A stretch of 24,506 nucleotides of DNA from Alphaproteobacteria bacterium (GCA_965216755.1 CBDCGL010000003.1:1-24506); one strand, 5' to 3'; counted from the stretch's first letter, positions 9,330 through 19,276 are shown. Notes: generated from the letters alone by a model not told the origin. Made by a program: numbers and translations.

Positions 9330-9358
9330 AAAAAAGGGGCGCCCGCAATGGACGCCCC
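9330..9358 (-). terminator. Rho-independent terminator after the capsid/cement genes
   Basis: Minus strand GGGGCGTCC-ATTGC-GGGCGCCCC-TTTTTT. Confidence 0.85.
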
Positions 9359-9383
9359 ACCCCATGCCTGAGCAGCCGCGGGG

Positions 9384-9905
9384 TTAGCTCGTTGTGTTGT
9401 GGTTACTCGGCCAATCGAGGTGACATGTGCCTTCGCCATCGGAGCCGCCGATGGTGTCGACCAGGTGGACGCCGAGGACTTCTCGGAACGTAGCCACGGC
9501 ATCGTCGAGGTACCCGGCCGTATCCGACAGGTAGCTGTCGACATTGGCCGCGGCATTGGCCTTGAAACGGCCCTCATGCTGGCCTGTCCGACGCACGAAA
9601 CAGTAGTCGTTCGTGGCCAGAACATTGCTCGCCGACGCGCCGGCCAGCAACAGACCAAGGCTCAGCTTGGACGCACCGTTGTTGTCGGTCGCGAGACTGC
9701 AGTCGAAGCTTGCGCCCGACATCAAGCCCCACATGTTGGCGACGTTGTTGCCGCCGCCGGTGTATTTGACGGCCTGATAAATCACGCCGTCGGCACCCTG
9801 CCAGATGGAACCGAGCGGGTGCACATCGGGCTGTGTCTGGCTGTGGAACGTGTCCAGGCCAGCGTGCGGGGACATGCCCGCAATAGGCATAACGCTAAAG
9901 GTCAT
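9384..9905 (-). CDS. Putative capsid cement/decoration protein
   Basis: 173 aa, Gly/Ala-rich and beta-like (HPLGSIWQGADGVIYQAVKY); strong AGGGGG RBS; co-transcribed with the capsid gene ahead of the terminator. Confidence 0.6.
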   Translation of the reverse strand: MTFSVMPIAGMSPHAGLDTFHSQTQPDVHPLGSIWQGADGVIYQAVKYTGGGNNVANMWGLMSGASFDCSLATDNNGASKLSLGLLLAGASASNVLATNDYCFVRRTGQHEGRFKANAAANVDSYLSDTAGYLDDAVATFREVLGVHLVDTIGGSDGEGTCHLDWPSNHNTTS

Positions 9906-9915
9906 TTAATCCCCC

Positions 9916-10890
9916 TTAGTCTTTCAACACGCCCTGCAACGAAGCGTTGCTGAGCGTCATGTTGCCCATGAAGATCACCGGCCGGACGATCGCGTCCTGA
10001 TTCACCGGCTGTCGTTCCGTCAGCGGCGCCATGTTCGCGTCCTTGTGCGGGCGCCAGTGAATGTATTCCGTGTTGAGAAAATACATGTGGTTCGCGGGCA
10101 CATCGTTATCGTGGAACACTGGGGCCGAACCACCTGGCCCATGGAACGTCAGGGATTCGAAACCCGATTCCCCTTCGCGCGGCGACGTAATCCTCTGGAT
10201 CGCCTGCAGGCTTTCCCAGAAGAAATTGAAGTACGCCGGGTCGGAGACGATGATGTCGGGCCGATCGGTGCCCCGAACCAACTGGATCCAAACGTCATTC
10301 ATGTACGATTGGATGTTGGTCGCAGCGGCCGCCGCGCCGCCGTCGGTGGTGGCATCGAAGCTGACATTCCGCCAGAAGGTGTGCGCCGCGCGATCGATGC
10401 CGCCGACCACACCGGTCGTCGGGTCGTCCGCCACCAACGCCTGCAGACCGCCAATCTGCTTGCCGCCCGTTCCGGTACCGTCCGAATAAACGCCGACGCT
10501 CAGATTGTTCATCATCGTCTTTTCGGCATTTGAAATGCGACGACGAAGCAACCGGATCATCTGCGGCTCACCGGAGTTCTTACGCATCTCGGCGCCGGAA
10601 ATCGTGACGACCACCGCCGCCTGTTTCCAGTCGAATTCACCAGCGGAGAACACTTCAGACGGGTTGATGTTCAGGACCTCATAGCCCGAGTAGTACATGA
10701 ACGTTTGGTTTTCGGCGTATTCGAGCTCTTCGACCAGGCTTTCGCCGCCATCGGCGAGCTCCACGTTATTGCGCTGTTTCAGCCTGCGCAGCAACGCGTT
10801 GTGGTTGAGAACGTTATCGGCCAACGCCTTTCGCCGCTTGTGCAGCGTGGTGGTGGCGATTTCGTCCCAACTTGTGTTGGGAGGGGCCAT
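9916..10890 (-). CDS. Major capsid protein
   Basis: 324 aa; IATTTL...LADNVLNHNALLRRLK, YSGYEVLNI, YSDGTG..GKQIGGL and final SNASLQGVLK motifs; AAGGA RBS; follows the scaffold gene. Confidence 0.92.
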   Translation of the reverse strand: MAPPNTSWDEIATTTLHKRRKALADNVLNHNALLRRLKQRNNVELADGGESLVEELEYAENQTFMYYSGYEVLNINPSEVFSAGEFDWKQAAVVVTISGAEMRKNSGEPQMIRLLRRRISNAEKTMMNNLSVGVYSDGTGTGGKQIGGLQALVADDPTTGVVGGIDRAAHTFWRNVSFDATTDGGAAAAATNIQSYMNDVWIQLVRGTDRPDIIVSDPAYFNFFWESLQAIQRITSPREGESGFESLTFHGPGGSAPVFHDNDVPANHMYFLNTEYIHWRPHKDANMAPLTERQPVNQDAIVRPVIFMGNMTLSNASLQGVLKD

Positions 10891-10907
10891 GCCCGCTTAT
10901 CCTTTCG

Positions 10908-12050
10908 CTAAGCGGCCCGTGATTCCTCGATCGCTTCCATGATTGCGTCGTCGACGGTTTTAGGTCCGCGCGAATCCTTGACCTTACGCGCCGGCGCCGT
11001 GTCCGTTTTCGGTTTTCGGCTTGCCGCCTTGGCCTTGGCCACGGACTTTTTCCGTTCCACGTTCGCCTTTTCGGCCACGGCCACCTTGTCCTGCTTGCGC
11101 AGATCGTTGCGCAACTCAGGGTGCGCCCACACCGCTTGGTCGTACGCGGCTTCCATGTCAGCCGCCGCGCCGGACTGGATCAAGGCCGCCATCTGCCCCT
11201 GCACCTTGTCAAAGTGTGGGTGTCTGGCGTTGCCCTGGTCGTCCTTTGCGTCACGGAACTGCTGGATCGCGGAATCGACCTGCGATTGGCGTGCTTGCGC
11301 GGCCGCCGTGTCCTGATCTTGAAAGCGCTGATCGAATTTCTGTTCGAGCCGTTTGACTTCTGACAATGCAGGGTCGCTGTACTCGCCATCGGCTTGACCT
11401 TCGGAAAGACCACCGATGTCGACGCCCAGCGCCTGCGCGAATTTCTGAACCGCCGCCTGCGGGTCTTGCGGCTGGTAGGTTCTCACCAGCTGCGCGAATG
11501 CTTCCGCGGGGTCGGATCGCAACATGACTTCAGCCGACACAAGCCGTCTGACCATGCCCACACGGTCAACGCCTGCCGCCGCCATCTGCTGCTGATAGGG
11601 TGCGAAGATTTCTTTCAGAGCGGCCCCTTCGCGGCGGGCTTCACCCAGTTGTTCGTACTTCTCGTCATAGCCCCGCTCGACGGACTTCACCTTGTCAAGC
11701 CACCACGCCTGGTCGTCGGCGTTCAGCTTGTCAAACCGGTCCTTATCGGCTTGAGGCCAATGCTCCGGCGCGACCACGGTTTCCGTGTCTTCGTCGTCGC
11801 CGGTGTCCTCGACATCGTCATCCGTGGTGTCATCGGATGCGTCTTCGCTTGGCTGATCGTCATCCGCCGCGTCGTCGCTATCGTCATCTGCCTCGGTGTC
11901 GTCCGCGTCCGCCGTGGGTTCGTCATCGTCCGACGTGTCATCGTCGGTGTCCTCGCCCTTGGCTTCCGCGATCGCGGCCGCGATGTCATCGGCCACGCTG
12001 GTCTGTTCGTCGTCACTGTCTGTGACGGCGTCCATTTCGTCGTTGTCCAT
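10908..12050 (-). CDS. Capsid scaffolding protein
   Basis: 380 aa with a very acidic N-terminus, APEHW motif, coiled coils, HPHFDKV...AYDQAVWAHP and a basic C-terminal region; directly upstream of the capsid gene. Confidence 0.85.
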   Translation of the reverse strand: MDNDEMDAVTDSDDEQTSVADDIAAAIAEAKGEDTDDDTSDDDEPTADADDTEADDDSDDAADDDQPSEDASDDTTDDDVEDTGDDEDTETVVAPEHWPQADKDRFDKLNADDQAWWLDKVKSVERGYDEKYEQLGEARREGAALKEIFAPYQQQMAAAGVDRVGMVRRLVSAEVMLRSDPAEAFAQLVRTYQPQDPQAAVQKFAQALGVDIGGLSEGQADGEYSDPALSEVKRLEQKFDQRFQDQDTAAAQARQSQVDSAIQQFRDAKDDQGNARHPHFDKVQGQMAALIQSGAAADMEAAYDQAVWAHPELRNDLRKQDKVAVAEKANVERKKSVAKAKAASRKPKTDTAPARKVKDSRGPKTVDDAIMEAIEESRAA

Positions 12051-12057
12051 GATGTCC

Positions 12058-12339
12058 CTAAGAGTGTTCCGCTATGGCGCGGCGGATATCGTCGCTGATG
12101 CCTGTCGGCTCGCCGCCGCGTCGTGTGGGCAGCCGTTCGTTGCCGACCTCAACGTATCCTTGCTCGCGCAGCGTCCGCCGATACGCGGATTTGCTGTCGT
12201 ACATCTTACCGTCGGCCTGGCTCTGAAAGCCGTCGATCGTGTCGGTGATCACCTGTGGCCCGGCCGGTCGCCGCCGGCGGGCGTAGTATTCGTCGGCCGG
12301 CACCCATTCCCGCGCGTGCTTGTCCCAACAAGACCTCAT
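12058..12339 (-). CDS. Conserved small phage protein between portal and scaffold
   Basis: 93 aa from ATG 12339; FQSQADGKMYDSKSAYRRTLREQGYVEVGNE resembles a motif common at this position in related phages. Confidence 0.7.
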   Translation of the reverse strand: MRSCWDKHAREWVPADEYYARRRRPAGPQVITDTIDGFQSQADGKMYDSKSAYRRTLREQGYVEVGNERLPTRRGGEPTGISDDIRRAIAEHS

Positions 12340-12434
12340 TCGCCCAGCGTCCGTTTCAAGCGTTGCCACAGGCGCGAGCTGTCGCGCAGATCCCACCAGA
12401 TGGCCACGGCCAAAACAATCGCGATCAAAGACAT
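12336..12434 (-). CDS. 32-aa single-TM micro-protein (not in the ORF track)
   Basis: MSLIAIVLAVAIWWDLRDSSRLWQRLKRTLGE; start overlaps the portal stop (TAATG) and stop overlaps the next start (ATGA). Confidence 0.6.
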   Translation of the reverse strand: MSLIAIVLAVAIWWDLRDSSRLWQRLKRTLGE

Positions 12435-14314
12435 TACTGCACCACACTGAGTTGGGGTTGAGGGACCGCGCCGGCGGCCTGAGCATTCCCCGGCGCGGCC
12501 CCGTCAGCCGGCACCGCGGTCGCGAGCGCCTGCTGTTCCTGTAGCTGCGCCGCCTGGCCCTGCAACTGTTCCGCCGTCTGGTCGATGACTTCCTCTAACG
12601 TCCTGCCTGTCTTGAAGTTCCGCACACCGAATTTCAGCATTTCCATCAGCATCGGTATGGTGCCCGGCGCCTGCGCGGCAATGCCGACGGCACCTTGCAG
12701 ATAGGCCGTGACCGCGCTCATGAACTCCGTTGCTTCCGCCTTCTCGCGTTCCGCATCTGGCTTCACTGTCGAATCCGTCTCGATATCGATGCGGAAGCTA
12801 CGCAGCCGGTCGTCCCGATAGATGCCCACTACGTCGTCAGTAATCACCTGACCGGTCATGCGCGCGATTGTCGTCGGATCGAACTGTTCGGCGATGATCT
12901 CTGCTTTCAGCCGCAGCACATCGCGCACAAACCGCGCCATCGGCTTTTGGCGTGGCGTCATGCGTAGCTGGCCAAAGTTTCCCTTGATCCTTTGCGCGGT
13001 CGCCGTCTCACTCGGGCTGCTCGAACCCCGGAACAGATCGGAGATGCCGGTCAGCTCGAAGATCTCTTGGCGGAGCTGCTCACGCTGTCGATACAGACCA
13101 GCCAGCACCGTGGCGATCTGGTCCAATGGAAGCCACTCGATCGCCCGCCCGATGCCGCCTTGGTCGGCCAGCGCCAACCAATCTTGCGCCGGCACAAGGT
13201 CCAAATCATCAGCTTGTGCCAAAGCATTGATCGTTTCCTCTTGGCGCGCGGAATAGATGCCGGCGACCTTCGCCGCGCCGATCAGCTTGTTAATCCGAAA
13301 CGTCAGCGTGTCCAGCTCGTCGGCCTGGTCCTGATAGATCGTGAACTCAGGCACCGGCACCATCGTATCGGTCGTGGTGATCGCATACAGCGGTTCTGGG
13401 ATCGGGAAGAACCCCTGCAGGGTCAGCGGCGGTTCGGTGCTTTCTAAAAGCTCCGTCATGCCCTCCGCATACCATTTCACCTCGCCGCCGGTCTTGTCCC
13501 AGATCTCCCAGACCACAGCGCGTCGGAACGGCGTATCCGGTTCGTCCGTGCCTTTCGTCCGCTCACTGTCTTCGGCCGGGTCAACAGTGGCGTTCAACGG
13601 CACCTGCGCCGCCTTGTCCGGCCACATCTCTTTCAACTGATCGCGCGTCATGAAGTGCTTGAACGCGATCCACCGCACATCCGCCCAGGTGCGCGCCGGC
13701 GACATGCGGAAATGCTCCCAATACACATACTCACAGCGCACCGTTTCGTCGGTGATGTTTTCAACGAACGGCCCGTTGCCGTCGCGACCGTCAGGCTCGG
13801 TGTCAACGCCATTGCGCATGAAGCGTTCGCCGGCCTCGAATTCCTCGCCCGTCTCCGGGTCGAAATCAAATATTGGCACCACGTCCAAAGGTTCGCGGTC
13901 AATCTCCGCCTCATAAGTCACGCGCGCCACGCCGCGACCGGCTAACAGCATGTCGTCGCGGACTTGTTCTATGACGCTGTCGAAATCGTAGTCGTCGATC
14001 GAAAAGCTTAACGCGCGTTCCATGATCTCCGCGGCATCGCGCCCGATCGGGTCTTGATCCAGGAACCGCCGCCGCACATCCGGCGCCGGCGTCTGCGAGA
14101 AGATCGCCGGTTTCAGCGTCTCGACATTCGACCACAGGATGTTGAACCGGCGGCTGTCATTGTCGCGACGTCGCTCGTCGCGATAGCGCTTGATGATCTT
14201 GGGCGCCAGTTCGCGCCAGGTCTTTTCTTCTTTGTCGGCCAGTTCCAGTTCGCGTTTCCAGCGCTGCACAGCGCTGTCGAAATCACGCGTTGTGACCGCT
14301 TCGGGTGTGGTCAT
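12434..14314 (-). CDS. Portal protein
   Basis: 626 aa; FNILWSNVETLKPA, ARTWADVRW, FFPIPEPL, ETATAQRIK and FRIDIETDST motifs; Gln-rich C-terminus. Confidence 0.9.
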   Translation of the reverse strand: MTTPEAVTTRDFDSAVQRWKRELELADKEEKTWRELAPKIIKRYRDERRRDNDSRRFNILWSNVETLKPAIFSQTPAPDVRRRFLDQDPIGRDAAEIMERALSFSIDDYDFDSVIEQVRDDMLLAGRGVARVTYEAEIDREPLDVVPIFDFDPETGEEFEAGERFMRNGVDTEPDGRDGNGPFVENITDETVRCEYVYWEHFRMSPARTWADVRWIAFKHFMTRDQLKEMWPDKAAQVPLNATVDPAEDSERTKGTDEPDTPFRRAVVWEIWDKTGGEVKWYAEGMTELLESTEPPLTLQGFFPIPEPLYAITTTDTMVPVPEFTIYQDQADELDTLTFRINKLIGAAKVAGIYSARQEETINALAQADDLDLVPAQDWLALADQGGIGRAIEWLPLDQIATVLAGLYRQREQLRQEIFELTGISDLFRGSSSPSETATAQRIKGNFGQLRMTPRQKPMARFVRDVLRLKAEIIAEQFDPTTIARMTGQVITDDVVGIYRDDRLRSFRIDIETDSTVKPDAEREKAEATEFMSAVTAYLQGAVGIAAQAPGTIPMLMEMLKFGVRNFKTGRTLEEVIDQTAEQLQGQAAQLQEQQALATAVPADGAAPGNAQAAGAVPQPQLSVVQ

Positions 14315-14790
14315 ACGGCGTCACCCGCCCATAACCGCTTGCGCGCCGTCACCGCCGACGGCGGCCCGATATAGGTCACGCCGGCTTTGCGCCGACGGGT
14401 CACGTCGCGCGCCTTCGCGAAGCGCGCCTTCACCCGCGCGTCGACACGGTCATTCACTTCCGTCGTACCGGATTGCGCGAACCAGGCCGTCATGGCCGCG
14501 TCGACATCGCCATAGTGCGTGCCCAGCCGGCGATCAATGCGGCGCCGTGTCGCCGCCGCCGCGCTGCCAGACAGCCGCACATTGACGTGCGGGCCCTTCG
14601 TGACCGGCGCCTCTATCTCGTTGCCGGCGGCGTCGTATTTTCCCGGCAGCGAGACCAGATCGCCAATGACGTCGATGTCCACACCGGCGTTTGGCACGAA
14701 CTCGCCGTCAACCATTCGGCCCCAGCCGAGCCGAGCGGCCTCGGCTTCGAACGCGGCGCGAGCGCCGGCCGCAAACATAAAGTCAATCAT
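14311..14790 (-). CDS. Hypothetical protein, probable partner of the upstream fibre protein
   Basis: 159 aa from ATG 14790 with ATGA overlaps at both ends; IDVIGDL...YDAAGNEIEAPV...HVNVRL resembles proteins seen after head-spike-fibre-type genes. Confidence 0.7.
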   Translation of the reverse strand: MIDFMFAAGARAAFEAEAARLGWGRMVDGEFVPNAGVDIDVIGDLVSLPGKYDAAGNEIEAPVTKGPHVNVRLSGSAAAATRRRIDRRLGTHYGDVDAAMTAWFAQSGTTEVNDRVDARVKARFAKARDVTRRRKAGVTYIGPPSAVTARKRLWAGDAV

Positions 14791-17700
14791 GCCGTTTGGT
14801 CCTGTAGCCACGCGTCGCTCTTGCCGCCGCGATAAATGTTGAGTTCCCGCATCGACATGTTCGACAGGTTTGACGCGTTGTCTCTCATGATATCGAGGGT
14901 CGTTATGCCCGACGGCATGACGACCGAGGTGTCCGGCGTATCCAAGGTGCCGTTGACCGCCGCCTGCACGTCTGTCGGCGTGTAGCGGACGGCGATGTCG
15001 TAGGTCGCGCCTTTGACCACGCTGCCAATGGGCTGGATTACGCTGTTTACGGCGCCGGATCTGACGAGTACGACCCAATTCGAAGTGTCGTGATAGAGGA
15101 TGACGCGGTTGTTGAACGAGCCATCGTGAAGCTCGAACACAAGGTCGGTGGGCGCGGTGTCTGAAAACCGCGGAATGATGCCTTTCGCGAGAACCGTGAA
15201 ACCGACGTCCCGCTCGTACCAGCTCACATCCGTCGTTTCCAAATTTGGCGCGGCGCGCGTGACTTGCGCGCTGGTGGTGGGGATATACGAGGAAAGGGTC
15301 GCCCCTTCCTCGATTTGACCGCCCCAAACATGTACGGAAACGCCCGAGCTTTCCGTGGCGCTGGCATCGGCATCGGCAAGAAACCACTGATGGGTTACCG
15401 ACGTCGCCCCCGAGCCAATGCTGCCCGCCAACCAAACACGGTAGTAATCACCGGCTTCTTCTATGTCGTAGTCGATAACAGAGCCGGTGCCGCCGACACT
15501 TGTCGATCCCTTTGCGCCACTGCCGAGATCAAACCAGGCATTGATAAAGTTGGCGCCGTTGAAGGCATTCAGCCGCACCCAGTCGTGATCCACCCGTTTG
15601 ACAAAGTACGAGATGACGAAATCGGCGTCGGCGGTGATCGTCACGACCTGAGACGTGCCCGACGTTGTGCTGTCGCTGGTCAGCCTGTCAGCGCTGACCG
15701 TCCCGTCCGGCGCGACCGCGTCATTGGCGGCGACACTGACATTGTTTTTTGACCACGCGGCATTGTCGAATTCTTCCGACCGCAACAGCAGGTTGGTTCG
15801 CTGCGGCTCCATCAACAAGCCGTCGTTAACCCAGCTCGATCCGTTGTCGCGATGCGTGGCCAGCAACGGCACGTCGTTGCTTTCCGGCACATAGACGCCA
15901 TGGCTGTTGAACCGGTAGCCGGCCGACGCGCGGGTGAAGGTGAAATCCGGCCCCAGGATCTTGGCCATCGCCAGGGTCTCGGCGGTGAAATCTTGGCGCA
16001 GCAACGGATCGTCGACCCCCACCGCGCAGACATTGGCGACCGATCCGACACTATCGCCCGTGGTCTCGTGGCCGGCCGCCTGAAACGCGGCCAGATCCGC
16101 ATAGACCGTTTGGTTGAGCTCGAAGTCCGCCGCCGGCGCCAGCCAATGATTGTTGGTGCCGTTCCAATTGGCCGGCCCCTCGCCCGCCGTTTCCGCCAGC
16201 GACATGTTTTTCAGCGGCGTGCCGCCAAAGGTGCAGTTGCTGGCGTTCACCGTCACCACGTCGCCGCCGGCCAGCCGCGATTTGATCACCCACGCGTCGT
16301 CGACGCTCGCCTTGACCCGGGTCAGATTGAGCGTCAAGCCATCGGATGAATTATCGCCGATGGTGATCGCCGACATGTTGCCGTCGCCACCCCCGTCGGC
16401 CACGCAAATGGTCGCGTCGGTGACGGTCATGGTTTGGCCACCGCCTTGCGCGGCAATGCCGGTGCGCAGATTGATCGCCCGGCTCGGCTCGTTGTGCGGC
16501 GGCACATGGATCACCGTGTCGTAGACACTGACGGTCGCTGCTTGGGCGTTGACCGGCACCAGATCGTTGTCGGCGAACCGACAACCGATGATGTTGACCT
16601 CGTCGATCTGGTCGCCCGAGACGCCGTTGGTGTGGCGTTCGACATCGCAATTGATGATGTCCAGGCGGGCATAATCGCCACCGCCGCCACGATGCGCGAA
16701 CATGGCCGTGCAGAAAATATTGTCGTCCATGTTGCGGCCGCTGTTGTCGTTGCGGAACGTCAGGTTTTCGAAACGTGCGCTCTTGCCGCTGGCGTCATCC
16801 TGGAAGGCCACCAAGGTGCCGCCCGATTGGCGGCCGAAATAATGGTCGTTGAATATGCTGTCGCGGACCACGCCATCTTCGATTTGCATGTGGTGGCGGC
16901 CGCCGAAATCGAGCAACAGGTTCGAGGCCACCGTCGCCGGCAGCACCAGATTGCCCTCGCCGTTGAAGCCGCCGCGGCAATGGAGGCCGTGAAAGCCGCA
17001 ACTGCCGACCGCAATCTTGCGGAAACACCAGTCGCGGCGCGTGTGCTCATAGGTTTTGCCGTTGGCGGTCACGTCGCTGGAGTCCGACGCGTGCACATAA
17101 AGCGTGGTTGGCGAGGTGGTGATGCTCGCCACGTGATAGCTGCCCGGGGTCGTGTCGCAGGTCGCCACGTCGGCGACATGAACCAGCGGTATGGTGTCTT
17201 CCAGGCAGTTGATCCAATCGATGCCGACCGATCCAACCGGATGGCTGATCGAGATCTCGTACACATAAGTGCGGCCACCGGTCTTGCTGAACGAGGCGTT
17301 GGCCGGCACATCAAAGGCGTTGATCAGCGGTCGCGCGCCGCTGCCATAGGCACCCCACACCTGGTTGCTGCCGCCGTTGACCTGCAATTGCTCGCGCCAG
17401 CTTGAACCGCGCGCGAAACCGACCCGGATGCCGTTGTTGTCTTTAACGCCGAGCGCGTCGAAGCCGGCCAGGGTTTGCTTGGCGGTCGCCATGGTCAGGC
17501 CGTCATTGGCATCGCTGCCCGACACGCTGTCGATGTAGTAATCGAAGATGTCGAGGGCGCGCACGTCGTGCCAGCTATCGACACCTTGGCCGACGGCGAA
17601 CGCGGTCGCCGCGTCGTTGATGTTGGCGTGGTCGGTGCCCAGCACGGCGTTGAGCCAGGCCAACATGCGCTCATTGAAATGGCCGGTGGCGATACCCCAC

Positions 17701-17795
17701 TGGTCGAACAGCGCGTGCCAGTCTTCATTGTAGCTGCGCGCCGTGCCGGTCAACGCCCGCACCGCCGCGTGCCGCGATTCTTGATTTGTAGTCAT
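14787..17795 (-). CDS. 1002-aa multidomain fibre/spike: N-terminal ~85-aa module, right-handed beta-helix, head-spike-fibre-like and LamG-like C-terminal domains
   Basis: ATG 17795 overlaps the terL stop (ATGA). YYIDSVSGSDANDG...AKQTL and GAYGSGARP are typical beta-helix entry motifs, followed by Asn/Asp/Gly-rich repeats, FTFTRASAG...GLLMEPQRTNLLLRSEEFDNAAW and WGGQIEEGATLSSYIPTTSAQVTRA. Confidence 0.8.
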   Translation of the reverse strand: MTTNQESRHAAVRALTGTARSYNEDWHALFDQWGIATGHFNERMLAWLNAVLGTDHANINDAATAFAVGQGVDSWHDVRALDIFDYYIDSVSGSDANDGLTMATAKQTLAGFDALGVKDNNGIRVGFARGSSWREQLQVNGGSNQVWGAYGSGARPLINAFDVPANASFSKTGGRTYVYEISISHPVGSVGIDWINCLEDTIPLVHVADVATCDTTPGSYHVASITTSPTTLYVHASDSSDVTANGKTYEHTRRDWCFRKIAVGSCGFHGLHCRGGFNGEGNLVLPATVASNLLLDFGGRHHMQIEDGVVRDSIFNDHYFGRQSGGTLVAFQDDASGKSARFENLTFRNDNSGRNMDDNIFCTAMFAHRGGGGDYARLDIINCDVERHTNGVSGDQIDEVNIIGCRFADNDLVPVNAQAATVSVYDTVIHVPPHNEPSRAINLRTGIAAQGGGQTMTVTDATICVADGGGDGNMSAITIGDNSSDGLTLNLTRVKASVDDAWVIKSRLAGGDVVTVNASNCTFGGTPLKNMSLAETAGEGPANWNGTNNHWLAPAADFELNQTVYADLAAFQAAGHETTGDSVGSVANVCAVGVDDPLLRQDFTAETLAMAKILGPDFTFTRASAGYRFNSHGVYVPESNDVPLLATHRDNGSSWVNDGLLMEPQRTNLLLRSEEFDNAAWSKNNVSVAANDAVAPDGTVSADRLTSDSTTSGTSQVVTITADADFVISYFVKRVDHDWVRLNAFNGANFINAWFDLGSGAKGSTSVGGTGSVIDYDIEEAGDYYRVWLAGSIGSGATSVTHQWFLADADASATESSGVSVHVWGGQIEEGATLSSYIPTTSAQVTRAAPNLETTDVSWYERDVGFTVLAKGIIPRFSDTAPTDLVFELHDGSFNNRVILYHDTSNWVVLVRSGAVNSVIQPIGSVVKGATYDIAVRYTPTDVQAAVNGTLDTPDTSVVMPSGITTLDIMRDNASNLSNMSMRELNIYRGGKSDAWLQDQTA

Positions 17796-19276
17796 GACCA
17801 AGCCGCGAGCGGATCGCGCGCCCGACCCTTCGCCAGCGCCTTCTGGTGCTGCTTGAACGCCTCGTTGAACGTCGGCTGCCTGATGTTGATCGCCGCGTCC
17901 GGCCGCTGATCGTCCTTCGTGAACGGACGTGACATGCACGCATAGCGCAGTTCGTCAGGCGCGTGATCTTCGCCGTCTGTGTCCACGTCTTCGATCCTTC
18001 GTTGGTCGTGCTGCAGCGCCGGAAGCGTCCGTATCAGGTGCACGCCGGTCGAGAACACGTACAGCATCGGTGTGCCGTCCGGTCCCGTCAGCCTGGCGCG
18101 CACCTGATCCCATCCCCCCATGGCGCCGGCTTGCGGCACGCGTGCATTGTCGGCCCGCAGGAACGCAGGCCGCAGATATTTATTCATGCGTTCGGCAATC
18201 GATGGGCCGCCATCGTTGCGAAACGCCGACGGGTCAATGACCCCGTAGTGGATCTTGCTGTCCTCGCGTTCCCGTGCCGCGATCCCGCGGCCGACTTCCT
18301 CAGCCGACATCTTGATGCCGACGTTCGGGCCCTCGCACCCATACCACTCGCGATAGCGGATCAGCGCGCCGCGTGGGAATTCAGACAACGTGCCATCGCT
18401 GACTGCGTACCAACCAACACTGAACGGCCGCGCACTGCCCCAGTCCATGGCACGGAACCGTGTCCAGTGGTCAGGCAGACGCCGCGGCTGAACGACATGC
18501 TTGTCAGCACGCCAACAATCGAAATAGGCGCCGACGACAACGTCCCAATCGCCCCAACGCCAGGCCCGCACCAACTCGGCGGAACCGGATTCGCGCAGCC
18601 GTGCTTCATATGTCGGGTCGTTCTGGACCAGCATCGGGTTGTCTTCGAGCTTCGCCGGAATGAAAACCCGCCGTTGCCCGGTTTCTTCGTCCTGGATCTG
18701 CGCATAGCCGTGCGGCGCCGGGTCGATGTAGCGCGCCTTGACCCATGTATGCCCGGGACCGCCCGGGTTACCCGTCGCGCGAAACGACACACGCACACCG
18801 GCTGACGAACGCAATGTCGCCCGCAGCATGTTGACCGGCGCCGGGTCCGGCCAGTTGGTCAATTCCTCGAAACAGATCCACGAATATTCATGGCCTTGGT
18901 ATGCGCTCGCCGCCGCCACGTCCCATAGGTGACGAAAGCGAAGCACGGCACCGTTTGGGAACCGGAACAGCGCCGTCGTCTTGTTGAACGCGGCACCGAG
19001 TGGCATGAACAGTGCTTGCGCCCGCTCGATCACCTGTTCGAGCTGTCGATACTCCCGACGAAAAAACACGCCCGAAGCGTGTTTCCCATACATCTGTGCG
19101 TGCTGGGCAAAGTCGCCCAACATGCCGTCGGTCTTGCCGCCACCGCGGGCCCCGCCGTACAGGACCTCAAAAGTCGGGCATTTAAGCAGTGCCGTTTGTG
19201 GGCCGGGCTGTGGCTTCCACACCGGGCGCAAACTCTTCCGCCCAGTCTTCCTCTGACTCCGATTTTCCTGTGCCAT
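17792..19276 (-). CDS. terL: Terminase large subunit
   Basis: PQPGPQ, Walker A region YGGARGGGKT, Walker B ICFEELTNW, ATGNPGGPGHTWVK, nuclease motifs AMDWGSARPF and EDHAPDELRY. The exact start is uncertain because it overlaps terS. Confidence 0.96.
   Translation of the reverse strand: MAQENRSQRKTGRKSLRPVWKPQPGPQTALLKCPTFEVLYGGARGGGKTDGMLGDFAQHAQMYGKHASGVFFRREYRQLEQVIERAQALFMPLGAAFNKTTALFRFPNGAVLRFRHLWDVAAASAYQGHEYSWICFEELTNWPDPAPVNMLRATLRSSAGVRVSFRATGNPGGPGHTWVKARYIDPAPHGYAQIQDEETGQRRVFIPAKLEDNPMLVQNDPTYEARLRESGSAELVRAWRWGDWDVVVGAYFDCWRADKHVVQPRRLPDHWTRFRAMDWGSARPFSVGWYAVSDGTLSEFPRGALIRYREWYGCEGPNVGIKMSAEEVGRGIAAREREDSKIHYGVIDPSAFRNDGGPSIAERMNKYLRPAFLRADNARVPQAGAMGGWDQVRARLTGPDGTPMLYVFSTGVHLIRTLPALQHDQRRIEDVDTDGEDHAPDELRYACMSRPFTKDDQRPDAAINIRQPTFNEAFKQHQKALAKGRARDPLAAWS

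Noticed and set aside
11780-12050. Repeated TCGTC/GAC units resembling an array
   Set aside because: These are Asp/Glu codons of the acidic scaffold N-terminus; there is no repeat-spacer structure, so not CRISPR.
14787-17795. Diversity-generating retroelement target
   Set aside because: No reverse transcriptase and no TR/VR repeat pair seen in the window.
14311-17939. Longer starts from the ORF track (17939 and 15435; likewise 7184, 9365, 12486, 20305, 23670)
   Set aside because: Downstream starts give stop/start overlaps or clear RBSs, and the extensions read as out-of-frame sequence from upstream genes.
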